Shown here: positions 35,501 through 61,705 of the stretch, in pieces | How the letters are laid out: the number at the start of each line of letters is the position of its first letter | How positions within the stretch are numbered: position 1 is the stretch's first letter | Source of the DNA: Tubulanus polymorphus | Taxonomy: Eukaryota > Animalia > Nemertea | Assembly: GCF_964204645.1 (NCBI RefSeq) | Contig: NC_134025.1 | Span: 2,170,001 to 2,234,000, forward strand | DNA: 64,000 nucleotides | Direction: 5' to 3' | The notes under the pieces: generated by a model | Told to the model about the DNA's origin: nothing | Seen by the model: the letters and a program-made list of their open reading frames with translations, nothing else | Database searches by the model: none | Translations under genes and position numbers: made by a program

Positions 35501-36477
35501 ACAAAACGTCGTTTCCTGCCCCCGTTCATAAGCGTATGACATTCTCAGGGGTTTTTCACATCAGTCAATAAACATGAACTTTACGTCGTCGCTTTTTGGT
35601 AATGCTACAAATTCACTGCGGTGTAGACTTGCTAGATATCATCGCGCGCATTGAATAATCGCCCGGTTGATCAAGTGCTTTTAAAAATGAAAATAAATCT
35701 ACATTACGCCTTTTAAAAAACCTTGAATCGTTGAAACGTCCGAAAATATTTTACGCTCTAATAATATACGACCGGTATCATGTTATCAGATCAAATTAAC
35801 ACGCTTTCAAATGTTTTTGTCACTGATTATCATTCGGAAGGCAGTGAAATGAATTGTCGCCTTATTTTCACAGTTTTATCAATTTTTTTTATTTTATCAA
35901 GAAATTAAATTAAATAAAATCTTACAGAAAAATAACATAATAAACGACCGTATACATAAATTTGCGTCTCCAATGAGGAATTCTAAAATGTATATACACC
36001 AAGGGAACCAGTGTTGGTCAAATGATTACTCAAAGGTATACCTCATCATTAAATACATTACATTACAAGGTGATTGGGGTTTTCAATTAATAGGTAATAA
36101 ACTATTACGATTTATTCAGTTGTATCGAATAAGTCCGGCATTTGAACAACTGATTTCAAGGTAGTAGTCGAGCACGTGGCGCTATGAGAACACCGTTGTT
36201 TCTTTTTTCGAAATCTAAGCAACAAATTTGAAACCTCATTTTGATATATACGTAGCTGGATGAAAAGATACAATACGTTTATAGCGGATAAACGATTTAA
36301 ATTCGTACACATACTGTATTATTGTGCGTAATTACATATCAATAATAAATCAGCATAAACACAACCATGAAACTGAAAACTTGCGATGACTGATGTAACT
36401 ATTATACAATATACACCTATACAATTTTGATGAAGTGATATAAAATGCTAGGCATATATATTCGATAAGATATATGT

Positions 36478-36618
<141 letters not shown>

Positions 36619-36668
36619 TTGAGCACCAATATGGCAACTATCAAATACTCTATGATATCCAATCTTTG

Positions 36669-43865
<7,197 letters not shown>

Positions 43866-46800
43866 GATCTTCTCGATTTTCACAAATTGTGGATGATTTC
43901 TAATGTGATATCCGGCTGTGATTACTAACCGCTTATATTACCGATGAAGTTCCTACCTACTCGAGCTCGCAAGCGTCGTGATTGGTCGGTCGACACAATA
44001 CGCTCACACGAGTCACACTCGTCATTCACGACGCTCGTCGACAAAATCGCGGTAAAATGCGCAGCGATTTTTTTCACAATACATAAAAGCCGCATGAGTG
44101 TGTGTGATATAGATTTGATTTTAAACGGATACTCACGACATACGCCTTCCGACGATACGTCACATAAAAGTTATAATTGAATTCATTAACAACACATTGA
44201 TCTACAAACGCGCCTCATATCAATCAAACTAATGTATTATAATAATAACTAGATACATTAGATGAAACCTTTGATGATTCTATAGACAAAACCAGTAAAG
44301 TAAAACTCCTCTTTTCTTTACTGTAAATATGTATCCCTCTATTCGTTATTGAGAATGGAATTCACAATTGACGAACTCGCCAGTTCACGCAAAATATTGA
44401 ACATCTATGATTCACAAGATCCGCAATTAATTCAATCTTTACAGTTCTCACAAAAGCGGCTTGTCCACAATAAACTGAGATTTAGTTTAGATTATACGCA
44501 GGATTAGTTCGATGTAAACGAATGGAAAGATTGGACGTTTAGTTCTACCACATTGGAAACTCACTTGAAAACGATATATCAGGCAGTTTCGCGCGCAGGG
44601 ATGTCGATGACCATCGTGTATTGTTTTAAGACTTTCCTTTCAGAGTGAGCTGATATATACATCACCTCTTCCCCAGCTAGCTAACTTCAATGATGGACTC
44701 GAGTCGGTAAAATTGGTCTTAGGGGGCACCCGATTAGCAGGAAACTCTTTTCTTTATTCTCTATCATTTCAATTTCTGTTTGCTCTTTCAATTTTCGCGC
44801 TCGTCCAGTAATGTCAAAATCATGACAGTATGATGTATAGCTGATGTGAATGTATGACACTTGAACACATTGAGACTATCATTCACGGATATACAGTGGA
44901 TATTCTCCGTGAAAAGTGTCGTGAGCCACGTGGATTTCTCGTTCATTTATCATCATTTCCGATGATATATCCTTCCGCATTTAACAAATTGTTATTGATC
45001 CAAGGGCAAACATGCTTTTTGATTCATTAAAAATGATTCCTACAATGTGTTTCAAACACTTCTTCCTGTGGGGCTTCGGAAATGCATTTAACAATGGTAA
45101 ACGCACGCACGCGCGATAAACTGACAAAACCATTGAGAACAACTTAACTATGAAATCAGAAATATATTAAGGCGATCGTGTTTCTTCTTTGAAAAAAAAA
45201 ACTGAGATATTTCATGTCGAACTTTTGACAATTTCAATGCCATTTTAATTGCTAGTATTATCGCCTAGCCACACTTCCCCGCGTGTTCGCGAAGGGTGTC
45301 CGTTCTTTTCCGGCATTACTCGTAATGACCTGTTCAAAACGTACAAATAATAGGCTTCCGATTACAAGCGGGCTCGGGTTTACAAATCGCTACCAGACCG
45401 TTCCTTGTGCATCCAGTAATTTGATCATAAAATTACAGCTCTTTCTTAATGAGCACCTTCTTTAAGGTGTGGAACGCAGAAATGAAGGCTGTTGGTAAAG
45501 AGTCCGGTCCATTCTTTTCCCATTACGGTAGCAATTATTACAGTGTTGCCAAGAAGATTCGTTATTTGTAAATTTCAAAGGTGTCGAATTCAGATTTATA
45601 TTAGGCCTATCTTTACTGAGACTGAGTTGCTGTAGTTACGCTGTTTGAAGGCGTTGAGACTCGTTAAATTAAATGAAACTGTGGTTCAATAGCTTCCGTT
45701 AGCGGTTTGTCTGCAGATGAGATTTGAGATTAGTTGTCAGTAGTTTAACAGTGTCCGGATATAAGGGGTCGATTAGTTTAATCAAAAGAATGATCAGGGG
45801 ACCATCAACATAATCTGAGTATCGATCGCCATGCACTCGGATGTTATCTATTAACGCGGCTATTTGTTTCTATAATCCTTTGGATCTGTTCTGGCTGATT
45901 AGGTTGGATACAAAGCTTACATCTCGTCAGGTATATTCGCATGGGGATTCATTTGTGAACGCGCATTGAATTGTTCTTTCCGAGCCATGCGCCAGCTCAG
46001 TAGGTAGCTAATATACGGCACGTGCTGCGTGTTTAGTTGTAAGTTCGCGCAACAGTCACATGTGTCTTTAAAGTCACAAAAGCACCTGGTCCCCAATTTT
46101 ACCGCGGATATCCCGCCTCTCATGAGGGTTTCAATAATAAAACAGATTGTCCGTCAGAGAACGGGATATCATTTGCCCGTTTCATGTATTTAACAAAGAA
46201 ATTTAACGGTGGGATTCTAAATAGATGAATAGCGTAGCCACATTTGTACATCTAGTACTGATTGCAATATAGATAATTTTTAATCATTTTGATGATAATA
46301 AAGATTGCGTCCTTGTAAATAAAACACATTTTTTTGTACACACACGCGCGCTAGGTTTAAATAATTTTCAAACTGAGGACGCCGAGCCACGTGGAAGTAC
46401 TTCGTTTTTCCATCATTGGTATTCATCAATTGAATTTTACTAAATTACTCGATTAAAAAGATTATGCATTACATACACTGTGTTTACATCGGAGTCGACT
46501 GTCTCAGATTATCGCGTAGCCCTGACAATATATAACAAGTTTTCTGACTCCGATTCGTCGTAATAATGACCCATCCCTGCTCCGACACCCCGGGATTTGC
46601 GGCGCGGAGAGAATTCATTGGTCCCGCAACATATGAGGCAGCGCAGTCTACCGTAAATTCTGTGTGATCAGGGAAGTGTGATGAGATCACACTTCCCTGG
46701 TGTGATCAAAGACAAACATATCGACACAATTTTTAAATAAGAATAGAATCTCAAAGACCCTAATTAATGACAGATTATTAATTCTTTTATTAGAAACCAA

Positions 46801-49592
46801 AAGGTTGTCTGGTGTCTATTGTTTTTTGTATGTGCTACAGCCGCTGGCGAGCTGGCTGCTGGCTGGCTGTTGGCTGCTGGCTCTGTCTGTCACTCGTGGT
46901 ATTACCGCTGCTTCCTCTCCTTTTACCGGTTTTGCTTCTGCTGGTTCCGCGTTATAAAGTCACCTGAGGACGATTCATCGGCTAGAATTTCCGAACGCTG
47001 AAGCAAAAGCCGATTTTTTTCGTCAGGAAAACTTCATGTTACAGATATAATTTCTGACATGAAATATTATCCGAAGGATCGGTTAGATAATAATATGCGC
47101 ACAAGCGATTATGGGTTTAAATTGTGTTTTCAATAACGGGGTTTATATTTCAACGAGCTCGCGAAAAGGGTTCGGAGCTAAGACACAAGGTTTTCAATAA
47201 CAGACGAAACTTCTGCTCCCTTCCTTTGTACGTAGGTAACATTATCTTACCATTAACGAAGCAAAGCGAATAATTTCCATATAAAAGGCGTTTAAAACAT
47301 GACAAGATTAATCTCCATCGAGAAAAAAAGAACAGTTTTATCTGATCCGCTTTATATCATTTGGTAAATAGACATACTTTATGATTTTATGTATAATAAT
47401 TTATCGCTATAAGAAATTAGGATGCTGCCTTTTTATTGAAATACTAAAACGAAGAAAGTTCCGCTTCGTGGCCATCGAATCGTAACTATCGGAAAATGGA
47501 CCTTTTTGTATAACTTAGCATGTTGTTTTTCCATCCTATTCTTATTCCGCCGTCTTTAGTATAGACCGGTCCGGGAAAATCTTTTTAAGATTACGTGTCC
47601 CATTAAACCAGTTTGTACAATTGTGATGAGTAATAGATGTATATATTTGAACTATATTGATACCGCTGGTCTCTTCAAGTGGTAACTTACTTCCTTTTCC
47701 TTTTTGTCGTTTTAAGTCCCTCCATATCATTTACGTAATCATTTTTCTGCTCATCTGATTTCAACCTATGATATTAGAGAACCCTAACTGTCTATCTGTC
47801 TGTCTCCAATTAGTTATGATACCATGTTTTGATTTTGTCATAAAAGTTGTAATTGACAAAAAAGTTTACATACGTCATAATCTAAATGAAAAGTAACCGA
47901 TCGCACTTCTTTCTAAATCGATTGTTTTATAATGTACTTATTCAAACATCAGACGGACTGTAGGCAATAAGAGGTGTCTACCCGGCCGTCGTCTCCCCGG
48001 GGCAGAGGTATCCGAGCCCATCACAGTCATTATGAAGACACCGATCAAGGTCATATGGAATCTACTGGACGATGGTTTGATAATAATCTATTGACAATAA
48101 CCATGTCCAAGAGGCCACACGCCCAAGCCTCATTAAACTCACGTCTCGTTTTGTTCTCTCCACGCGAAACTCGTGATCATTTTTGTGGCTGTCATTGTTC
48201 TCCAATTTCTCATAATAGGCCAAACGTCCGTTGTCCGGTAGCGTGGTGGCCGTCTGTCGTACGCGCGAATAACACGTCAATGTAAAACGTCTTTAATTTC
48301 CTACACGAACAATCAGTGTTCAATGACTGCAGACAAACCGGATGTAGATGTAGGAAATTAATGGTGTGTGTGTTACGAAACAGAGTGTAGTAATTAATTA
48401 ACAAACTGTCCATTTCTCTAAATCTAATGCTACATTATAATATATTTCGAAGCCCGCATTTGAAGCCCAGCTGTTCATACCACTAAATAGCCTGTTTTTT
48501 TCTTACCAGCTTTTGGTACAGTTATGATCCACTGAATTGGAATTGGAAAGTGAATATTTGACAACCAGCCTACTGGTCCGGCACCACATTGAACACATGA
48601 AACCCTACTCCCAAACGTAGTCTTCCACTAGAGCACGATAATCTCAACTGGAACTAACAAGTTCGCTCGACCATGTGTTTGAAGTACCGGTAACAACGTT
48701 TGAGGTTTTGGTTGCGATGGTCTTTTTAAAGACCCCCTCTTCATGGAAACCACCCTCAATTTCTAATTTCTTGATTTCATTCTGTTTGCAAACTAGAACC
48801 TATGTAAAAACTGTTATCGTGGTTACCGGTTAGTAAAACATGTGAACTTATCCTGCAGTGTCCAGCCAATAGATACACTGAAACATCAATTCGATTTTGA
48901 ATTCTAATACGATGAACTAAAACTGCCGTTAATATTCGTTTCAAGGTTTAACTTATACAAAACGTATACAAAAAAGCACTTTCTTTTATTTGAGATTAGG
49001 ATCCTCAGACCTCTAGACGTCTATAGTAAAGCACTATGAATGCTGATATTTTAATAACAAACGTTTAAAACCGTAATTGGAGAAGTTTCTCTGAATAGAT
49101 GGGTAAGTTCGGGTCTGGTTACTGGTCTTGTTAATGACGCGCTTACTGTAAGATGAAACGGCACAAACTACCAAGAAAGTGGGTAATTATATATGTTCGA
49201 ATTGTAACGGGAGAATAGATCAAATTACCCTCGACACCTCCCGTGTTATTATAGCTACGCCGTATCATATATGATGGCAGCGTCTTCCTGACAATTATAA
49301 GTCACGGCGCGATCAACAAATAATTTACTGTGACGTCTGGAATTATTAATGATGGGCTTGGTCGTATTCGATCCTCGATATATCACCGATTCTCACAATA
49401 TCCTTCATTCGATTCAGATTCAAACAATCGAAAATTAGGCAAAACTTGAAAAGAATTTCAATCTTTATTGACTCATAACGAATAAGCATTTACAATATAT
49501 TAATCATATTTCATTAAATATTCACAGTATGATACAACTTATTTACAAAATGCGCATCACGTCCGCCATCTATCGGGCAATCTATCGATCTC

Positions 49593-51270
49593 TTAGTCGT
49601 TTCTGGGTAAAGGGAAATAAAACGGTGAATATCTCGTATAGTAATTCACATCAACAGGTAGAAACAGACAGAAGATTATCCGATCAACCTACAAAATAAA
49701 TCAGCGAAAAATCCACCTTGTATTCGATTATCTGTGTTTAGATTCGCCAAAGTTTCAGTAAAACTCACATCATTTTTATTCTCATCCAACCAGTAACGTA
49801 CAGTATGAAGAGCTACTTTGGCTGCATTTTTATTCGGGTAACCTGTAAAATTATCATCTAACATGTGAACATTTCCATATTGAAAACAATTTGAAACAAA
49901 TATAGATTTTGAATTGTTTTACGATATTCTGTAGAGGATCTTCCACCCATAGAACAGGGAATAATACTCACCATATATACCAGTTGAGATACATGGAAAT
50001 GCCTGCAACAAAAGACAGCAAAATAAAACCAGGAAACTCACAATTAATCTAAAGAATCGCATTGATTAAAACAACTTACGATTGATCTCAAATTATTCTC
50101 CTTCATTAAATCGAGACATTTCTTATAGCAACTTTCAAGTCTTGCAGGATTTTCACCCATGGGTCCAACAGTATGGATAACATCTACAGTAACGCGATAT
50201 ATTAATCTGATTATTGTTAAAATACAAATTCAGCAATCTAGAAAATGGGGGCAATTATCGTAGAGTCCAAATCATTACTTACGTTTAGCGGGCAAATTGT
50301 AACCTGTGGATGAAAAAGAACATTTTGTATTACCACCATTTATTTATTATCATCAATCAGTATTTATCGTTATCATAATCTCTTATCATTCATCATTATC
50401 ATTAAACCTTTCATTATTGTTTATCATTGTCCATTATATCATTGCTCTGTTCATCAGGCTTTTACAGTATTTGTTACGCAAGTTTAATCGATGATAGATT
50501 CACCAGTACAATACGAATCCGGTTATTCCAATCCAGACGCAGATCGATGAATTTTCGATATTACCTAATGTTATTTTGGCATCACCGGTATCGCATCCTT
50601 GTAGCGCAGCGCATTCATGTTTTAAATACGGCCCAGCAGCTCGATGTATCGCTCCATCAACTACCAAACAAACATAGTATGAAAATACAGTTAACCGCAT
50701 TAATCTTCAAATAGACGTTTCTAGTTATAATAAATATAGTTTATTGACCTCCCCCTCCTCCGAGTAAACTCTTATTCGCCGCATTAACGATAGCATCAAT
50801 CTCTAGAGTGGTAATATCTCCTTTCCACAACGAAACCTTCGAAATGATTTCATCGTCAATCGAAAACTGTTCGCTGGATTCATCAACTGTAAAACAATGA
50901 AAAAATGTGTAATTCATACAGGTTTTATCGATACTTTGGAATAGCTGATGTAGCATGAGAAACGTACGTTCAATCTCGTCTTGCCGCGCTTGTTCTTCCC
51001 ACGTTATAACATCCTCTAGAGTAACGAAATCTGACTTGCACTTATACAACTGTCTCTTTTCTTTCCTCGTCATTTTCATGTATCTTTCTAAAAATCAGAA
51101 AAGAAAACTTAATTAGTGTTTACTAGAATAATCTCAAATCGGCAAAACATCCGCTGAAATTAACCTTTTTCCTGTTCGCCCATAGTTCCCCGGGTTAAAC
51201 GTCGTTTTGATGGTTGTTCTTCATCATCTGAAGATCCACTGTTCACGTTGCGAGTCAGGAATTTATCCAT
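49593..51270 (-). CDS. MACROD: MacroD-family macrodomain ADP-ribosylhydrolase (MACROD1/2-like)
   Basis: [71 protein letters not shown]. Exons 51270-51165, 51087-50968, 50886-50749, 50660-50565, 50303-50283, 50183-50080, 50002-49972, 49842-49769, 49688-49593. The start codon is uncertain. Confidence 0.93.
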
Positions 51271-51556
51271 CCTGTTTCTGTTGTTATTGTATTTTGTATT
51301 AAGTTTCTACCGAGTATTAACGGCAGCTGACTGATTGTAGCTTTCTCAAAATACGGCGAAAAACTTCTTGGAATCGATGAAATAATGCGTATACTTCGTG
51401 CTGCGGCGATCATTTATAGAAGTTAAATGTGGTTCAGGACGAAGCAACTGAAAATAGAAGTAAAATATCAAATAGATTTCATATGCAAATCCCACCATTC
51501 CAACCAGAGTTTTTACTTAGAGATGAAAACATTACGTCCAAGTCATGGTGATCACC

Positions 51557-51981
51557 CATCCTCGCTTGCCAGGGTTTGATTACCGCTCGCTGGAGCTCAT
51601 GCCAATACAAACCCTGACCGCAAACCCTTCATCGGTCTATTAAATTGCCCAAGGTTTCTTGGGTAGACTGGTTACCGCTAAATGTCAACCAGTCCATGTA
51701 TCGAGTCAATTAAATGCGTAGCAAATGTGTGGATGAAAAATAACGCATCTGATAGGCTAGTTATACATAGACTGGTTGCCTTGAATGGTGGCCTCTTCTT
51801 CACGGCAATCTGTCCACCCAAGAAATCTTGGGCAATTGCAAGAGACCAAAGAATGAGGGATTTGCGTGCAGCAGGGTTTGTGTGTAAGTATGAGCTTCAG
51901 TTCAGATGTGCGAGGCAATCAAACCCTCAGCCTGGCAAGCGACGCGTCTAAAAGTTTAACACAACATGCTCAAGCGAGGAT
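51557..51981. mobile_element. TIR-bounded non-autonomous element in the MacroD 5' intron
   Basis: CATCCTCGCTTGCCAGGGTTTGATTACC at the left end versus GGCAATCAAACCCT..CCTGGCAAGCGA and CAAGCGAGGAT at the right end. The same terminus (CTGGCAAGCGAGGATG) occurs at ~27258. Confidence 0.55.
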
Positions 51982-51997
51982 CCATATCAAGCTTACC

Positions 51998-52200
51998 CGT
52001 AACTACTTTTATGAATTCATAAAAAAATATTTTGGCTTTTTGTGCAAAAAATCAGGGAACGGAAATGGATATACTGGCTCCACGTACTCAGCGCCACCTG
52101 TCGCATTTCTGGGTGATGAAGACATTTGATGAATCCAAGATGGCGGCGCCCATCAAAATCGAATTTTTGCCGAAAACTGATGGTTAACCGATAGTTTTAC
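51998..52200. promoter_or_regulatory. Probable bidirectional promoter between MacroD (-) and POMGNT2 (+)
   Basis: Minus-strand donor GG|GTAAGC at ~51997 and acceptor at ~51448 for MacroD. Plus-strand acceptor tttacag at 52575 for POMGNT2. YY1-like AAGATGGCGGC at 52137. Confidence 0.5.
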
Positions 52201-52602
52201 CAATAAACGAGCACTTTCTGCAGCTCCCTATGAGATTGTTCAACACCGAGAACCTTAAAATGATTTTTTGAGTTGAGTTTTAATGTATTTTGTACTTGTA
52301 ATTACTTTGATTCAAATTAATCAATAGTGCAAACATGATCACTTCAAAAAGCATTAAGCAAAAAAGTCCCCAGGCCAAGGCCAAGAAGACTCAAGTCCTA
52401 AAAGTTAGATCTGAAGAAGTTCAGAACATCTTCACCATGGATTAGTTCAGGCTGATTGCTACATTACACAGCAAACTGGTTATATTTGTAGAAAAAAAAC
52501 TGGTAGATAAAGAATGGAATTCATCATTAAATTTGAGTTAATTCTATCTGAATATGAAATATTCTTACTTTACAGAAGGCGCTGCTGAACAGGATAATAA
52601 TA

Positions 52603-54552
52603 ATGATAAGACACGGTTGTGTAATACAACTAGTACTGGCTGTACTGACTGCGTTCATTCTAAAATTATTCTTCAGTCACGTCGGAACCGATGACAACGC
52701 TGTGAAAAATACGGATCATCAACAAACATCGACCGCTACCAGTTCATCGGCAATTCACAGTATTCAACCATCGGGTACCGTTAATAAAGCTGATGATAGT
52801 CTCCAGCAGCAGCAGCAGTCGACTGGACAACAATATATATCTATATCTAAAACTAGCGTTTCGCTGAAATCAGCCGAGGTTTCCTACAAAAGTTCATTCG
52901 ATTCGTTAGAAAAAATTCTGCCCACAGAAAAACCGGCGACGTTGAATGAGAGGAAGGAATTTGAAGAATTAAGAACCGACGGTTCGTCGGTTTGGTGTTA
53001 CGGTTCTGATCACACGAATAGAAACTGCGAATTTCACAATCTCTGTTACTCACCGACCAGCGATAGTTTCATATTCTATCATTCTACGTCTAGCGTCGTT
53101 CACGGAGTTCCGGCCGATAGATTCGACCCGACGTTACTCGATAGTTCGACGATTAAAGATCACAACGCCCTCTACTTCAACTATATCGATCTGCCGGTTA
53201 TAGCGCTTTCCGAAATACGCGAAAACGATTTCGAATTTGTAAAAACGACGTCGCATTTAATCGGTCGTTTTAACGGCGGGAATTTAATGCACGTTTTACA
53301 CGACGAACTCGTGCCGTTATTTTATACATATTCGCAAAAATTAGATCAGAAAAATACGAAATTCGCTAAGAATTTATTGAATATTCAGGTGATTTTCTAC
53401 GATAAAACAACGGCGAATGAATACATGTCTCTGTATAACGCTATTACGATTCACGCGCCGATCTCGAGAACCGACATGTTCGATCGAAAGAGACATATCT
53501 GCTTCAGCGAACTTCACGTCGGACTTCGCTCGAGTTTAACGTGGTACGATTTCGGACTTTATAAACCGCAGAGACCGATCGCGGATACGGCTTTGACCGG
53601 TCGCGACCTGCGGCGCTTCGGTCGATTTTTACGAACGAATCTAGCGGCAGCGGCGACGACCGACCGACCGACGAAACTTTCGTTCAAGAATTACGTCGTG
53701 TTGCTGTCGAGGAAAGAGAATCGATTGATTATTAATGAGAATGATCTCGTAGTCGCCGTAGCTCGGGAGTTCAACGTTAAAGTGATCAGCGCGAGTTTAA
53801 CGACTCATACGGTGAACGAAATAATTCAGTTAGTCAGTCGCGCTCGTGGAGTTATAGCAGTTCACGGTTCTCTTCTTGTCACCGCTATGTTTTTACCGCG
53901 CGGTTCGTTCGTTCTCGAGTTATTTCCGTACGCGATCGAACCGTCAAATTATACACCGTATAAAACTCTATGCGAGTTGCCGGGCGTCGATTTAAAATAC
54001 GCGGCGTTGAGAAATACGCGCGTGGAATCGACGGTCGCGTATCCCGACAACGAGAAACACCTCGGCGGATTACAACATTTATCGGAATCCGTTCGCGAGC
54101 AAATAATGACACGAGATTTCGTTCCGAGTCATCTGTGCTGTAATGATCCGGCTTGGTTGTATCGGATATATCAGGATACGCACGTAAACATTGCCGAAGT
54201 TTTAAACATTTTACGCGAATTGACAAACGATCAGAAACACGAAGTAATTCATGATGAATTGTTCCCGGCGCCCGTTACACAGATTCGGTGTCGTTTGAAT
54301 ACGGAAGAAAGTGTTATTTATTTAGATTTATTCTGGTCTCCTCCGATGAATTTGAAATATTTGCAGTATTTTGAAGTGAAATATGAAGTATGGTTACAGG
54401 TTGATAGTCGAGATGAATATAAGGCTTGGTTTACCACAAAAACTGACGTCAAACTCCCAGTGATTAGAAATACAACGTATAATTTATGGATTCGTTGTCT
54501 TATAGATTCTAAAGTCGGGCCATTCAATGAGCACAAGCAATGTTCCACGTGA
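52603..54552 (+). CDS. POMGNT2: Protein O-linked mannose beta-1,4-N-acetylglucosaminyltransferase 2 (GT61, type II membrane, C-terminal FN3-like)
   Basis: Single-exon 649-aa ORF with an N-terminal TM segment and SSVWC..R.CEFHNLCY, RFNGGNLMHVLHDELVPLFYT, HGSLL..MFLPRGS.VLELFPYA, HLCCNDPAWLYRIYQDT, and a YEVW..YNLWIRC..GPF FN3-like tail. Confidence 0.92.
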   Translation: MIRHGCVIQLVLAVLTAFILKLFFSHVGTDDNAVKNTDHQQTSTATSSSAIHSIQPSGTVNKADDSLQQQQQSTGQQYISISKTSVSLKSAEVSYKSSFDSLEKILPTEKPATLNERKEFEELRTDGSSVWCYGSDHTNRNCEFHNLCYSPTSDSFIFYHSTSSVVHGVPADRFDPTLLDSSTIKDHNALYFNYIDLPVIALSEIRENDFEFVKTTSHLIGRFNGGNLMHVLHDELVPLFYTYSQKLDQKNTKFAKNLLNIQVIFYDKTTANEYMSLYNAITIHAPISRTDMFDRKRHICFSELHVGLRSSLTWYDFGLYKPQRPIADTALTGRDLRRFGRFLRTNLAAAATTDRPTKLSFKNYVVLLSRKENRLIINENDLVVAVAREFNVKVISASLTTHTVNEIIQLVSRARGVIAVHGSLLVTAMFLPRGSFVLELFPYAIEPSNYTPYKTLCELPGVDLKYAALRNTRVESTVAYPDNEKHLGGLQHLSESVREQIMTRDFVPSHLCCNDPAWLYRIYQDTHVNIAEVLNILRELTNDQKHEVIHDELFPAPVTQIRCRLNTEESVIYLDLFWSPPMNLKYLQYFEVKYEVWLQVDSRDEYKAWFTTKTDVKLPVIRNTTYNLWIRCLIDSKVGPFNEHKQCST

Positions 54553-55534
54553 ATTGTACGTATTTATTATTTTTACAAATAAAGATAAATTATTCACCCG
54601 TAAAATTTTATTCTTTTTAATTTTTGGGATTTGCTGGGATTCGAATCACCGAGAAATGATAATATGAGAAACGCGGGATTTGTCGCTTAATGTGTCGGAC
54701 GGTTATTTAGAGACGTTTAATTCGGGATTCGAACCCGATATATCAGGGGCGTCAAAATGCGGGATTCGAACCTAAACGAGCTGTCAGTCAACATTCCCGG
54801 ATGCGAAGAAATGGCCGACTACGTTCACAGTTTGTTATTTTCTCCGTTGCTGTCACCTATTTAAGGATTCCTATCGTTCTATCGAGTGTTCACCGACCCC
54901 GAATAGAGGAATAATAACTGGGAGATTTGTAGAATATTTTGGAATAAAGTGGTTCAGGTTGGTTTTATTGGATTCGTTTTAACTGATTGATTGATTTACG
55001 ACACGGTTCCCGGGTCGAGTGACGGGAGTGTGTTTGACGCGGTGTATGTGGGTTCATTATTAGTGAATCATAATTTATCAAATCTACCCCACCCTCTGTC
55101 TGTTATAATCGATATGTTCTCTCTAATTGTAGAAATATAAACCAATTTTCTAATTTCGTAGAAAAGTAGGGAATTTGGAAATTCATGATTCTTTTGACTT
55201 GGGAATGGGTGGGAATGCCCGGATAGTTATCACCATTCATCCACATACCCCATTGATTGTACGTGTTTGTGTTACACTTTTGCTGGTATTTACAAAATAT
55301 TTCTAAACCAAATATATGGTTATTTCACATGGAAATCAAAAATATGTTCTAAAAGCGCGCATGCCATATCTCAATCTGTCCTGATTTCCTGCCAGAAAAT
55401 TAACACTCATATTTTTTGCTTCGATATTGAATAGGAAATATAACCAAATTCAAAGTACTGCTATTAAAACGTAAAAAAAAAAACTGGCTTGAAATGAGAT
55501 TCAAGATTAATTTCTTTTTCCATTTCATCAGAAA

Positions 55535-61705
<6,171 letters not shown>

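Noticed and set aside
52603-54552. Intronless POMGNT2 as a retrocopy or horizontal transfer, or as a partner of the giant glycoprotein
   Set aside because: A single coding exon is also the vertebrate POMGNT2 structure, and a 5' UTR acceptor is present. Proximity alone gives no evidence of a functional link.
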